64,000 bases of DNA from a virus. The notes below the pieces were generated by a model that was not told where the DNA came from, ran no database searches, and worked only from the letters and a program-made list of their open reading frames with translations. This document shows, in pieces, positions 30,913 through 41,252 of this stretch. The DNA is taken from positions 1 through 64,000 of IMG/VR virus record IMGVR_UViG_3300050119_000104. One strand, 5' to 3'. How positions within the stretch are numbered: position 1 is the stretch's first letter; every line of letters begins with the position of its first letter. Position numbers and translations under genes: made by a program.

Positions 30913-33046
30913 ATGGCAAAAGATGCACGCGGACACGGTAGCGAAGGCGGTCGCGGCGGCGTAAGTCGGCCGGTCGGATCAGGTTTGCAATTCGGCGTTG
31001 CGTCAAAATTCAAATCAAAGGGCGGCGCGGGCATGAAGTCGGATCGAGATCACACCTCCGATGCGGCGCGCACCGTTTCCGATCTGCGCTCGCGCATGGC
31101 GACCACTGGCGCAGGCCACAAAACCGGACTCATGCAGGGTATCAAGAATTTTCTCGGAGGCAGGTGATGGCAAAGGATGCAAAAGGTCACGGTTCGGAAG
31201 GTCGCAGTGGCGGTCAAAAGCAAAGCTGGGATGCGAAGCGCGGAAGCTATGCCAAAGGATTTGCAGGGCCTACGCCGGATGGCGGTCATGGAGTATCTGG
31301 TTCACAGATAAAGCAATTCATGGCTGCTAGGCAAGCCGCAGTTACCGCCCCGGATTTAGGTGCCCCATCTGATCCGGCCGCGCATCAAACTGGCGTAGAA
31401 GCCGCGCGCAACACGCCGCGCGAGTCGCTTCGCGGTAGCATCAACAGCAATCCAATCGATGCCTCGGGTGAAGGCGGCGAAGGCCAGCCTACCGCACGCA
31501 ATCCGCACGGCATTCATATAGGCTACACGAAGGCGTGATTAGACAAGGCGCGCAAATGCGCCTAATCTTTTTTCTAACAACGAAAGCGAAAACACCTCCA
31601 CAACAAAGCGGCATCGGAGTAAAGTCATGGCGAAGGACAAAGGCGGACACGGTTCAGAAAGTCGCGGCGGCAGCGCACTCACCGCGTCTGTCTCTCGCGG
31701 TACTCCGATTGCAGGTATTCCAGCGTCCGGTGGCCAGCCGGTCGCATCCAACGAGCACGCGGCGGCAACGCTCGCGAGCGGCCCGAAGTCGGCACCGGTC
31801 GCGACGCACGACATGATGGGGCGCTCTCAGGAGTCGATTGAAGGCGGCGAAGGCCAGCCTACCGCACGCAATCCGCACGGCATTCATATGGGCTACACGA
31901 AGGCGTGATTAGACAAGGCGCGCAAATGCGCCTTCCAGCGTCGAGGCCGTGCGTGATATGCCGCGCGCCGCGCTAGCTTGGCGGGATCGTCAAAACAGTA
32001 TCCAACAAAGCATGCTTATCCGGTTGACGCCCAATGCTTGACAGCCACCTGGAATTTTGCTTTTCTCCGTTCCGACAATCGCCTCCGATTGATTGGGGGT
32101 ATCTAAAGACCATGTTTCCGTCGTCTGTTCGCGCCGAAAGGTAGAACGGCGATGAATAAGGTCCATTTCGGTGGATCGCGCAGAGTGCTCTGCGTCCTGT
32201 AGAGGGAGAGCCGGGTTCGTGTCGTCCATTGGGCGTCAACCGGATAAGCACGCAACAAAGGACGCTAGGGAAAGCTGCGTCGTCCCGAGAGGTTCGCAGC
32301 AAAGCCGATCTCACTGGACGCGCGAGCTATTGGGGGCAATTGAAGGACGCAGGCGGTCACGGTAGCGAAGCACACGCGGCGCATCAGGCGGGCACGCTCG
32401 ACGCGCTTCCTCGGATAATTCGGAATGCCGACGACGATACCTTGCTTGACATATCCCGCTGGGAGCGGCAAACATTGCAGGGTGCTATGTTAGCGCATGG
32501 TAAAACTCAGTGGGACGAGAACCAGGACAGTGGGAGCCTGGACCCGAACCGCCCAGCAAAGGCAGCGAGCAAATGAGCAAAGATGCAAAAGGTCACGGCA
32601 GCAACGCACGCGGCGCACATTCTAGTGGAGTCGATCAGGTCGGCAAGCCTGCGCCCCAGGTCAACGACGCGGCGATGAAAGTCATCAGTAGCACGAAGCC
32701 CGGCGAAGGCTTCTCTATCACACCGGGCGGCAGTCAACCGACAGACGGTCACATGGTTGCCCTGCCAAGCCGTACACAGGATGTCGATCCCGCTGCGTTA
32801 TCCGGGCCCGGCGGTCGTGCCATCATTGACGCGTTCACCGCGAAGAACGCGGACGTTTTCAGTGGCAACCCGAATATGCATGTCGGTGGCTGGCTCGATC
32901 CCGACACGCACAAGCTTTCACTCGATCCGTCCGAGAATATCAAGGATCGCAAGACAGCGATTGCCTCTGGCATAGCGCGCAATCAAAAAGAGATTTGGGA
33001 TGTGAAGAATAAGACCGGGATAAAGACAGGTGGCAGTGGTACATGA
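30913..33046 (+). CDS. Five short Gly-rich paralogs beginning (M)xKDxxGHGS (30913..31167, 31167..31538, 31627..31908, 32340..32576, 32573..33046)
   Basis: Shared N-terminal motif visible in the translations. Confidence 0.75.
31469..31933 (+). repeat. 95-bp direct repeat (31469-31563 and 31839-31933)
   Basis: One mismatch; duplicates the C-terminus GGEGQPTARNPHGIHxGYTKA and the downstream sequence. Confidence 0.9.
32011..32252 (+). mobile_element. IS1595-type MITE (copy L, 242 bp)
   Basis: Both TIRs; 8-bp TSD CAACAAAG. Confidence 0.95.
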
Positions 33047-33236
33047 CGCGGACTGCCGGCTGCATTTCACGGACGCGCCCCAACGGTTAAACATGAAGCG
33101 GCGCATCACGACGGAAAGAAACTAAAACAACTCAGCGCGTAACCTGTCTTGGAAAACGCCGGTTGAAAATGAACAAGATAAGGCGCAGCATGGTACATAC
33201 CGACGCGGAATACGAAAAGCAGGAGCGGATCATCCG

Positions 33237-33704
33237 TTGTCAAAATTGACCGAAGTCCAGCGACGGCAGATTAGAACGGCTACCGGGATTACAGCGCGAG
33301 ATAGCAGCGGAATTCGGGATCACTCAGCCACTTGTTTCGATGATAAAGGCAGGGCTATACACATGAAGAAAGAATTGAAGCCGGGCGAAGTCGGCGAACA
33401 CCATATCCCGATCTACGACCACAAAGGCCACATGCGGGGCAGAGTCGGGCCGCGCGCTTCAAGCGTGACGGTCGCTCGCTTCATTGGCCTGCACGGCGCG
33501 AAGCTCGGGACCAAAGACGGCCGCACCGCATGGATCGGTCCGAAGCCGCCACCGCCGAAATTGCCGACTGCCGTCGCCGTCGCCGAGCAACAGGCTAAGG
33601 CGAAACCGCAGAATAACACGCTCGAAATCTCGCTCAAGGCCGATAAGGGCAGCGTGACAAAGACGCCGAGTGCGCCAAAGACGAGCGCCCGGCCGAAGAG
33701 GTAG
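33237..33704 (+). CDS. Hypothetical basic protein
   Basis: 155-aa ORF. Confidence 0.5.
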   Translation: MSKLTEVQRRQIRTATGITARDSSGIRDHSATCFDDKGRAIHMKKELKPGEVGEHHIPIYDHKGHMRGRVGPRASSVTVARFIGLHGAKLGTKDGRTAWIGPKPPPPKLPTAVAVAEQQAKAKPQNNTLEISLKADKGSVTKTPSAPKTSARPKR

Positions 33705-33710
33705 AGGCTA

Positions 33711-33956
33711 ATGAAGGATGGCTACGGACTGACTACGGCCAGCATTCTCTATCGTCGGCCTGACCATCTTTGGTTGCTTCAAAGCTATATCTGGCAAGAG
33801 TATGATTTCTGTCCAGTGTTTCCTCAGTTACACAAGTTCCTGGATTTTTGGTTGGCCAAGCTCGACGGTCCATTACACTCGGTCACGGTCGCGCATGAGC
33901 GCTTGATAAAACCTACCGAAATCCGCGCCATAAGTAGCGAGTTTCGGCTTCACTAA
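33711..33956 (+). CDS. usg: Usg-family protein
   Basis: GYGLTTASILYRRPDH..LLQSYIWQEYD..P.FPQLHKFLDFW...LDGPLHSVTVAH..LI.P.E matches the alphaproteobacterial Usg pattern. Confidence 0.85.
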   Translation: MKDGYGLTTASILYRRPDHLWLLQSYIWQEYDFCPVFPQLHKFLDFWLAKLDGPLHSVTVAHERLIKPTEIRAISSEFRLH

Positions 33957-34015
33957 CACCGGGTTGCTTTCATAATGCAATCGATGTTATCATGTAAAAA
34001 TCCTGGGAGAGTGCT

Positions 34016-35348
34016 ATGATCAAAGACAAATTCGATTGCGATTGCTCGGGCGGCCAGCCGGTCGAGAACGATCAGCATGCGGCGACCGTGCTCGCGCAGG
34101 GCGGCCCGAAATCAAAGCGCGTCCCGGTCAAGTGGGGCATGAAGGATCAAGATAGCGGGGCCGAAGGGCTCGCGCGCAAAGGCGGTTCCGACCCCTACGC
34201 GTAAGCTCGAAATTTACCGGGTTGCTTTGGTTAACGGACGCGGCTAAGGTGCCTCCGAAGAATTTCATTCTCGGAGGATATTCCCATGGCAGTCAAGGGC
34301 AGTGGATTAGGCGCGGGTCCTGATGGATCGCGGGTTGATCAAACGAAGTTCGACGCCCGGAGCGGCGCTGCCAAGCGCACGCAAACCAAATTTCCGATCA
34401 AGGATACCATGAAGGATCAGACCAGCCTTTCGTATGCTGGTCCAGCCAATCCTGGTACGGGTCCCGATGCCGATCCGGCCGACGTTATGTCGCCGGAGCC
34501 GAAGGGTAAGACTTTGCATCGTCAGTCGCAAATTCTCTTCAATCGTTGGGGTATGAAGGGTGCTGCGCCCGACATGACCGACTCAGCCAAGACAGGCAAG
34601 ACGCTCGACGCCAATATCGGTGGCAAGGTCCTGGGCGAAGCGATCCTTTCAGGTTCGAGCAATCTCCCCGCGAAGGGAACTGCACTTACCGATAGCGGCA
34701 AAGCGCCGTCCCGGAGCTAACGTGCTATGCGCGCCTTCCATGGTGCGCGTGAAAATACGCTCGGTGCGGAGACTAATCTCGCGCCGGGCTTCAATCTTGT
34801 CTCACCGAAAGTCGCTGCGGCTACAATGCACAACGATCTTGCGGATGACGTGAAACAAATTGCCGACGGAACGAAGAACGTTCCTATTCATCCGGCGCAA
34901 GTCGCTACCGAAGGATCAGATAAACAGGGATACGGCGGCGACGCTGCGCAACACGATCCGACGGGGATTGGACGAGGCATGTGATGAAAGACGCAAGAGG
35001 GCACGGCAGCAACGGCAACGGTGGTGGAATTGCGCATCAAACCGGCGTCTACCAAATTGATTCGATGCTGACGCCGCTCGGTAATCGCACGCTGCAACAT
35101 CCACGCGACAATGTTCAAAAAGGTGGGAACGCAGCCGGGCAATACTTGGCGCAAGGCGGAGATGATTGATGGCCAACGTGGCAAGTGGCTCGACGACGGT
35201 CGCGGACGTGATCGTTCCGAAGGGAAATTTCGGACCATACCCCTCCAAGCGCCGAAAGCGGCGCGGGGGCTATGGCCAACAGATCACTGATGAAAGTGCT
35301 GCACTTACATTGGGGCAGGGGCATCCGAAAAGTAGGGCATCAAAATGA
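34016..35348 (+). CDS. Short Gly-rich ORFs (34016..34204, 34286..34720, 34727..34984, 34984..35169 with KDARGHGS, 35166..35348)
   Basis: GGAG/GAGG RBS or overlaps; shared motifs AATVLAQGGPKS and WGMK. Confidence 0.6.
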
Positions 35349-35454
35349 CAGCGCGCGCACCCCGTAAAAAAGTGATTAAAGTGAAACCGACGAAACCGAC
35401 GAAGCCGGTGACGAAGCCGACGAAGTTGGCGAAGTTTATGAAGTGGTGGCTGAC

Positions 35455-35598
35455 ATGGGCTTGATCCTTTTGATTATCGTACTTGTTCTGTTGTTCGGCG
35501 GCGGTGGATTTTACGCTGGCGGCGGTCGCGGTCTTGGTGGGGGTCTCGGTCTTATTCTGATCATCCTCTTGATCGTGTTTGTGCTCGGCGGGATTTGA
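35455..35598 (+). CDS. Small Gly-rich membrane protein (DUF3309-like)
   Basis: MGLILLIIVLVLLFGGGGFYAGGGRGLGGGLGLILIILLIVFVLGGI, translated by hand (below the ORF-track cut-off). Confidence 0.7.
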   Translation: MGLILLIIVLVLLFGGGGFYAGGGRGLGGGLGLILIILLIVFVLGGI

Positions 35599-35599
35599 A

Positions 35600-37293
35600 A
35601 TGAAAGACGCGCAAGGTCACGGTAGCAATTCTAAAGGCGGCCAAGCGGCTGTCACATCGTGGCGGGCGGCACATCAAGAAGGAATTCGGCAATCGGTCCC
35701 CAGCTTGATTAAAGCGTTCGTGAAGAACGAAAGCGGCGAAGGCCGCTCTCTCGGGGAGCTTAAGAGCTACGATCCGGAGCCCACATCACGGCTTATCGGT
35801 GAAGGCATCGGCGCGGCGGCTTCGGGCGAACACGCAGGATTAGCAGAAGTCGGAAAAACGCTTATTCATCTGGCGCATTTCCTCGGGGTCTTGGGTGCGC
35901 TCGCATTAGTCGATCTGATGGCTCATTTGGTGGGGATAGCATGACACGTGGAACCGGATATTCTGGACCCAACTCGACGAAGCCAACTCAGCCGCAAGAG
36001 GACGATCTCGCCAATGAGGGCGGCACCGCTCCAGGCGGCACTGTAGCCTTCATGGGAGCGGCCTCGCAATGGTCAAGCTCGAACGCGGCGAACCGGAACA
36101 ACTTTCCAGACCCGATCAAATCGGCGAAGATGATGCACTACGGACTCAAGGATGAAGCGCCCGCCGAAAAGGGTGATGTCCCGGTCCACCCAGGTCTCGC
36201 GCCCGGCTTGTTTCGAACCGCACGCGACGCCAACTATGCCGCGCCGGACGGCGAGACAAACGTGAACGCCGCTGAAACTGGCGGTCATCCACTGTCGGCC
36301 AGCGGCAAGTCTCGCGGTGAGTCGCCCGAGATCGAAAATCAAGAAAGAGGTATGTACAAACCTTAAAGGAGGCTAAGATGTGGTCTGACGCAGCACGAGA
36401 GGCGGCTATAGCCGCGCGAAAGGGTGGTGGAATGGCAACGGAGCCACAGACTGCCGCAGAATTTGGTCAGCAGGTGTCTGATAAAAACGCCGCTGGCGCG
36501 CTCGCGCAAGGTGGCGCGAAGTCGGTTCCGGTCGCTGTTCATTCCGGCGCAACCGGGCGCAATCCCGCAACGGAAACGGGTTCGAGCGAATACCCGTGGT
36601 AATTTGAGGAGGCTTAAAATGGCAGTTGATATCATTGGTTCAAAGATGCCGTCGTTTGCGTCTGATGTGAAGGCGCCTTCGGACAACAGGAAAACCGGCT
36701 ACGGTCAGAACGGCTACATGGGCGCAAGTTCGGACACGGACTTGGGCAACCCAACCCGTAGCGCACTGAGCGTCGATCTTTTCCCCAACCCGCAAGTGGT
36801 CGTGGTCGATCAAACGCGAATACTTCCGTCAGGGAATGTTCCTGATGCCGTTGGCATGGCGTCGGCGCGCGCCCGGCAACCCACTGCTCGCAAGGTAGGA
36901 ATATGAGGGCCGTCGCGCTCGTGATCTTGGCCCTAATGCTCGGGGCATGTGGACCAGTGCGCCACTTCCCAATGTCGCCAGCATCGGAGTCGAACCATGT
37001 CGTTCGGAATGCCTGATCAGACCGGCGGCGACGCCCCGCCGTCTGCCCCCGCAGCTCCCATGCCAGGGGCCCTGACGCTTGGGAGTGCGAGTGCCAAGGG
37101 TACAGCAGTCGGAGCCGCTCCGCCTCCTGGTGGGGCTCCGCCGCCTCCTGCGGCCCCAGCGAGCCCGCCGGTCGGCGGACCATGGCAGGCTAACCCGGTT
37201 GTTGCGCCGCACATGGGCCAGCCATCAATCGGTACGCACGCTTCCGCTTCGCCTCTTTTAAGGGGCAATCCGACCTTTGAGGTCGCCAGATGA
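35600..37293 (+). CDS. Short ORFs (35600..35944 with KDAQGHGS, 35941..36366, 36378..36602 MWSDAAREAA, 36619..36906, 36949..37293 Pro-rich)
   Basis: Strong GGAGG RBS before several; low-complexity products. Confidence 0.55.
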
Positions 37294-37555
37294 CTAACTT
37301 TACGAGGCATTCATGGTGTTTGCTCCGATGGTTGTCCTGCACGATCTCACAGGCAAACCTTATTTTATTCAGATCGTTCACATCGCCGGTCGGCGCGCGG
37401 TGCCGCCGTTCGGGCATACCCTTGTGAGCTTCGACAATTGTGAGCCTTTGGAAGTTCGCGAGACCCTTGCGGAGATCGCGCAATTGATAAAAGACGCCTA
37501 GCTCGAATGATCGAGCACACAAGCTGGCTTGTGAGGTGCAAAAAGGAGACGCGGC

Positions 37556-38320
37556 ATGGCTGCGAATAAACCGAGTTGGCCGAAGTGCGGATGCATCGAG
37601 CGATGCGAACGTCTCAAGTGTCAGATGGCTGGAGGTCGAGACGCCTACAAACGCGCCGCCACGGCAGATAACAATCCGAAGCAAGGTATCGCCACTCGGA
37701 AATACTCCCCTCAATACCTCAAAAGTATCATCGCTGCCGCAGCAGATGTTCCGGCGGAGGCCGTCATCTGTAGGAAAGTGGGCATATCCCGTACCATGCT
37801 CCGGTATTGCCTAAAACGCAGCCAAGAGGGGCGCGCGGGGGATATGTTTGATGTTGAAGTCAAAGATGGCCACGCCGAACGCTTCCACATTCTATATGAG
37901 GACGCGATTGACGCGGGCTACGACAGGCATCAACAACATGCTAACGATCTCGCTCTTGGCGCGGCACGCGAAGTTCTCGAACATCACGGTCGAGTCGTAT
38001 ATAAATCTGATCCGGTTCTTCTATCCTTTGGGCTGAAAGGAGCAGACGCATATCTGTTGGATAAGGATGGAAGCCCTGTTCCTGAAACACGGCCTGTTGG
38101 TGGGGCAGTGCAAGCTGAGATGACACGCTGGATTTTAACGCATGTTCGTCCGAAGCAGTACGGCACCAAGGTACAGGTCGAGCACGAGCATAAGGGAGGA
38201 ATTGTTGTCGTCAGCGCGCCACTGACTCCTGACCAACTCGAAAAAACTTTCGGTGGCGGCCAGAAAATAGTCGATGTGGAGTTTGAAGCGCTGCCGCCAC
38301 CCCCGGAGAAGAAGTCATGA
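37556..38320 (+). CDS. Probable terminase small subunit
   Basis: Directly upstream of and overlapping TerL; HTH-like region; KQYGTKVQVEHEHKGGIVV tail typical of TerS. Confidence 0.65.
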   Translation: MAANKPSWPKCGCIERCERLKCQMAGGRDAYKRAATADNNPKQGIATRKYSPQYLKSIIAAAADVPAEAVICRKVGISRTMLRYCLKRSQEGRAGDMFDVEVKDGHAERFHILYEDAIDAGYDRHQQHANDLALGAAREVLEHHGRVVYKSDPVLLSFGLKGADAYLLDKDGSPVPETRPVGGAVQAEMTRWILTHVRPKQYGTKVQVEHEHKGGIVVVSAPLTPDQLEKTFGGGQKIVDVEFEALPPPPEKKS

Positions 38321-40734
38321 GTTTCCCGACAGTCTATCGATGGCGGTTCAATGGCACTGAATACGTTCCAATTATTCTCGACGCATTCGGGAACGAGATG
38401 GAGTGTATTTGGGCCCCGCAAGCCGGGTCGCAAGCTGCGTTTCTATCGGCTACCGAGCTTGAAGTCATATTTGTCGGGACGCGCGGTGGATGCGGCAAGT
38501 CGGATGCTTTGCTTTTTTCATATTTACAGCATGTCGGTCGCGGATGGGGCGGAGCCTGGAAAGGTATCATTCTGCGGCAGACGCATCCGATGTTGCGGGA
38601 ATTCATTGACCGGACGAAGCGTTGGATACCCCGGATTTGGCCCGGCTCCGAATACAACGAAGTAAAATATCGTTGGACGTTTCCTAGCGGGGAGACACTC
38701 TATCTATCGCATCTCTCCGAACCTGTTGATTTCCATGAGTACCAAGGCCAGGAGTTCACATTCATTGGATTTGAAGAACTTGTGACGTGGCCAAATTTGG
38801 ATTGCTACAAGCTCATGTTCTCTTGCTTGCGATCTCCGGTCCCTGGTATTCCTTTGATGATACGTTCGACGACCAACCCCTACGGACCCTCTCACAATCT
38901 CATCAAGAGCCGGTTCAATTTGCCAATCCCAAATGCGAAGTCCATGGCAAATCCAGACGGCGCGGTCATGGGGCCGCTCATCCCAGGCGAGGTCGATGAG
39001 AACGGTATTCAAGAACCGGATCGCCGTGTATTCCATGGACACATCCTGGAAAATAAACTCCTACTCAGGAGCAATCCAAGATATGTGGACAATCTGAAAG
39101 CCAGCGCCAAGAGCAAAGATTTGGAGCGGGCGTGGCTCGATGGTGATTGGGACATCACGGCAGGCGGCCTTCTCGATAACGTTTGGGCGAAGGCGAAGAA
39201 ATTTGCTGTTCTGGAAGGGCTGTCGCCGCAAACGATCCCAGATGATTGGACAATTTTCAGAGCTTATGATCACGGGTATTCAGCACCGTTCGTTGTCCAG
39301 TGGTACGCTTTGAGCAATGGCAACGATATTACCTTGGTAAATGGTAAGGTAAGATCGACTCGACGGGGCGATCTTTTTTTGGTCCGGGAATGGTATGGTT
39401 CGTCGGGCAAACCAAACGAAGGCATGGAAATTCTAGCGCCCGAAATTGCCAAGGGTATTGTCGCACGCGAGATCGAGTGGGGCTGGCAACCCCCCGCCGG
39501 GGGTAAAAGCCGTGTCAAATCAGGACCGGCGGATACCGGAATTTTTGACGATGTGAATGGAGTCCACATCTCGGCGGACTTTGAAAAACCCGTTCACTTG
39601 AACAGCCGCAAATATCGAGGGATCATATGGGAGCACGCGGATAAAGGAAAAAATTCTCGCGCGCTGGGTTGGGATCAGTTGCGGGAACGTTTGGACGCTA
39701 CGGTGCCGCTTGAAGGCGTTGGTCGCGAGCGGCCGGGGCTTTTCGTTTCATCTGAATGCCACGCATGGCTGCGGACAGTCCCGGTCTTGCCGCGCGACGA
39801 AGCGCAGGTGGACGACTGTCCAAAGAATTGTGAGGACCATTGTTTTGTTGCCGGGACTATGGTGGATACAGAAGAGGGCTCTATTGCAATCGAGAAGTTA
39901 CCTGTATCGGGGCGGCTACATTCATTAGACCGTATTGAGCCATACTGTAACCCCCGACTAATTCAGCGAGAAGCACACGTTGTGCGATTGACGTTTAATG
40001 ATGGACGGACTGTGGAATGCACACCGGATCATAAATTCCTTGTAGATTTAGATGAATGGTGGTACGCAAAAGACTTACTCGGAAAGGAAGTCCTGTGCAG
40101 CCGATCATTATCAGCCAAACGATCCAGGAATTTGAAGGAGTCCGCTACTACCTCTGCGGCAAATACTTTCAGCACAAAGGCAGTCGCCTCCATATTCGCG
40201 TGTGGGAGTATCACAAGGGACCTATACCAGCGGGCCACCACATTCACCACAAACATACTCGCGCCCAAAATGGACCAAATGATCTGGAATGCCTCACCGC
40301 TGTTGAGCATGGCAGGGATCGGCATGGGGCGGAGTCTGGAGAAAGAGGGCGGCAATATCTCCCACTTGCTCAGGCCGCTGCCGCAGCTTGGCACAGAACC
40401 GACGAGGGCCGTCAATGGCACTCGGAGCATTCTAAAAAGTTCATGCGGGAGCGTGTTGCAGATTGCGTATCGCTTAATTGCCAGCATTGCGGAGCGACCT
40501 TTTCCACGCCTCGATACGCCAGTGGTTTTGCAAAATTTTGCCACCCGAATTGTAAAGCGCGTGCGTTGCGTCGGCGTCGAAAACTTGCAAGAGCGACGTG
40601 ACGTATATTGCTTGACTGTTCCGACCAATCACACATTTTCGATTGAGGGCGGCATCCTCGTCGCGAATTGTGGGGATTGTTGCAGATATGCCTTGCGGTT
40701 CGAATATCAGCCAATGGTCAGCCGTCGAATTTGA
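38317..40734 (+). CDS. terL: Terminase large subunit containing an intein
   Basis: GTRGGCGKS Walker A, FIGFEE Walker B, STTNP motif III, RAYDHG and EDH/CGDCCRYA nuclease motifs. Confidence 0.93.
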   Translation: MSFPTVYRWRFNGTEYVPIILDAFGNEMECIWAPQAGSQAAFLSATELEVIFVGTRGGCGKSDALLFSYLQHVGRGWGGAWKGIILRQTHPMLREFIDRTKRWIPRIWPGSEYNEVKYRWTFPSGETLYLSHLSEPVDFHEYQGQEFTFIGFEELVTWPNLDCYKLMFSCLRSPVPGIPLMIRSTTNPYGPSHNLIKSRFNLPIPNAKSMANPDGAVMGPLIPGEVDENGIQEPDRRVFHGHILENKLLLRSNPRYVDNLKASAKSKDLERAWLDGDWDITAGGLLDNVWAKAKKFAVLEGLSPQTIPDDWTIFRAYDHGYSAPFVVQWYALSNGNDITLVNGKVRSTRRGDLFLVREWYGSSGKPNEGMEILAPEIAKGIVAREIEWGWQPPAGGKSRVKSGPADTGIFDDVNGVHISADFEKPVHLNSRKYRGIIWEHADKGKNSRALGWDQLRERLDATVPLEGVGRERPGLFVSSECHAWLRTVPVLPRDEAQVDDCPKNCEDHCFVAGTMVDTEEGSIAIEKLPVSGRLHSLDRIEPYCNPRLIQREAHVVRLTFNDGRTVECTPDHKFLVDLDEWWYAKDLLGKEVLCSRSLSAKRSRNLKESATTSAANTFSTKAVASIFACGSITRDLYQRATTFTTNILAPKMDQMIWNASPLLSMAGIGMGRSLEKEGGNISHLLRPLPQLGTEPTRAVNGTRSILKSSCGSVLQIAYRLIASIAERPFPRLDTPVVLQNFATRIVKRVRCVGVENLQERRDVYCLTVPTNHTFSIEGGILVANCGDCCRYALRFEYQPMVSRRI
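39841..40668 (+). mobile_element. Intein (276 aa) in the TerL nuclease motif
   Basis: Starts CFVAGTMVDT; block B ECTPDHKF; block F/G VYCLTVP..H.F..EGGILVAN followed by Cys+1. Confidence 0.9.
40095..40601 (+). CDS. HNH homing endonuclease in an alternative frame inside the intein
   Basis: RLHIRVWEYHKGPIPAGHHIHHK....NGPNDLECLTAVEH..RH plus C-terminal CQHC..FC..NC; AAGGAAG RBS before GTG 40095. Confidence 0.85.
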   Translation: MQPIIISQTIQEFEGVRYYLCGKYFQHKGSRLHIRVWEYHKGPIPAGHHIHHKHTRAQNGPNDLECLTAVEHGRDRHGAESGERGRQYLPLAQAAAAAWHRTDEGRQWHSEHSKKFMRERVADCVSLNCQHCGATFSTPRYASGFAKFCHPNCKARALRRRRKLARAT

Positions 40735-40787
40735 ACCTGTTGCGGCTGAGGCATAGATGTGGTTAATAGCCGTTTTTGGGGAACCGC

Positions 40788-41010
40788 CATGGGCGAGAGA
40801 ATTCACACAATTCGAATTGGCGAGGACGGCTATCCGGAGCCTGCACAAGCAAGGATGAACTACGGACCTAAGCGTAGTGCGTCCGAGCGGTATGATAGTG
40901 AAAATATAGGAACTGGCCCTAATCCAGAAAAGCAAAGTGGCGGAGTTGAAGCCGTCTCGTGGAATGGGGTGCTCAGCGGCGAAGGTCGCCGAGGCTTCAA
41001 ACAAAGCTAA
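40788..41010 (+). CDS. Hypothetical protein
   Basis: Short ORF between terL and portal. Confidence 0.4.
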
Positions 41011-41089
41011 AGAGGGCGGTGTCGATGGCGTATTCGCCTAAAATCAACAGGGAAGGTACCATCTTGCGAGTAGGCGTGTTGCTAATCCA

Positions 41090-41252
41090 GAAAGAATGCT
41101 CCTGATACCGCGACTCTTGATCGTATAAAGAACGAACTTGGATATGTTATCGGGAATGTTTTTATTGTGAGTGCCCGAGCGAACGTGTTGAAGCGAGACG
41201 CGACGCCGGATGAACTTCGGAAGCTCGCAGACTTCTATGATAGGAGGCTCTA
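41090..41252 (+). pseudogene. HNH endonuclease remnant
   Basis: Hand translation PDTATLDRIKNELGYVIGNVFIVSARANVLKRDATPDELRKL; no intact 5' part. Confidence 0.6.

Noticed and set aside
13647-32314. Recurrent MLIRLTPNG... and RAYPVDAQW... ORFs as a protein family
   Set aside because: All derive from the MITE sequence; conservation follows RNA pairing, and copies K/L are frameshifted
37495-37545. tRNA gene upstream of terS
   Set aside because: D-arm-like and anticodon-like hairpins but no T arm or acceptor stem
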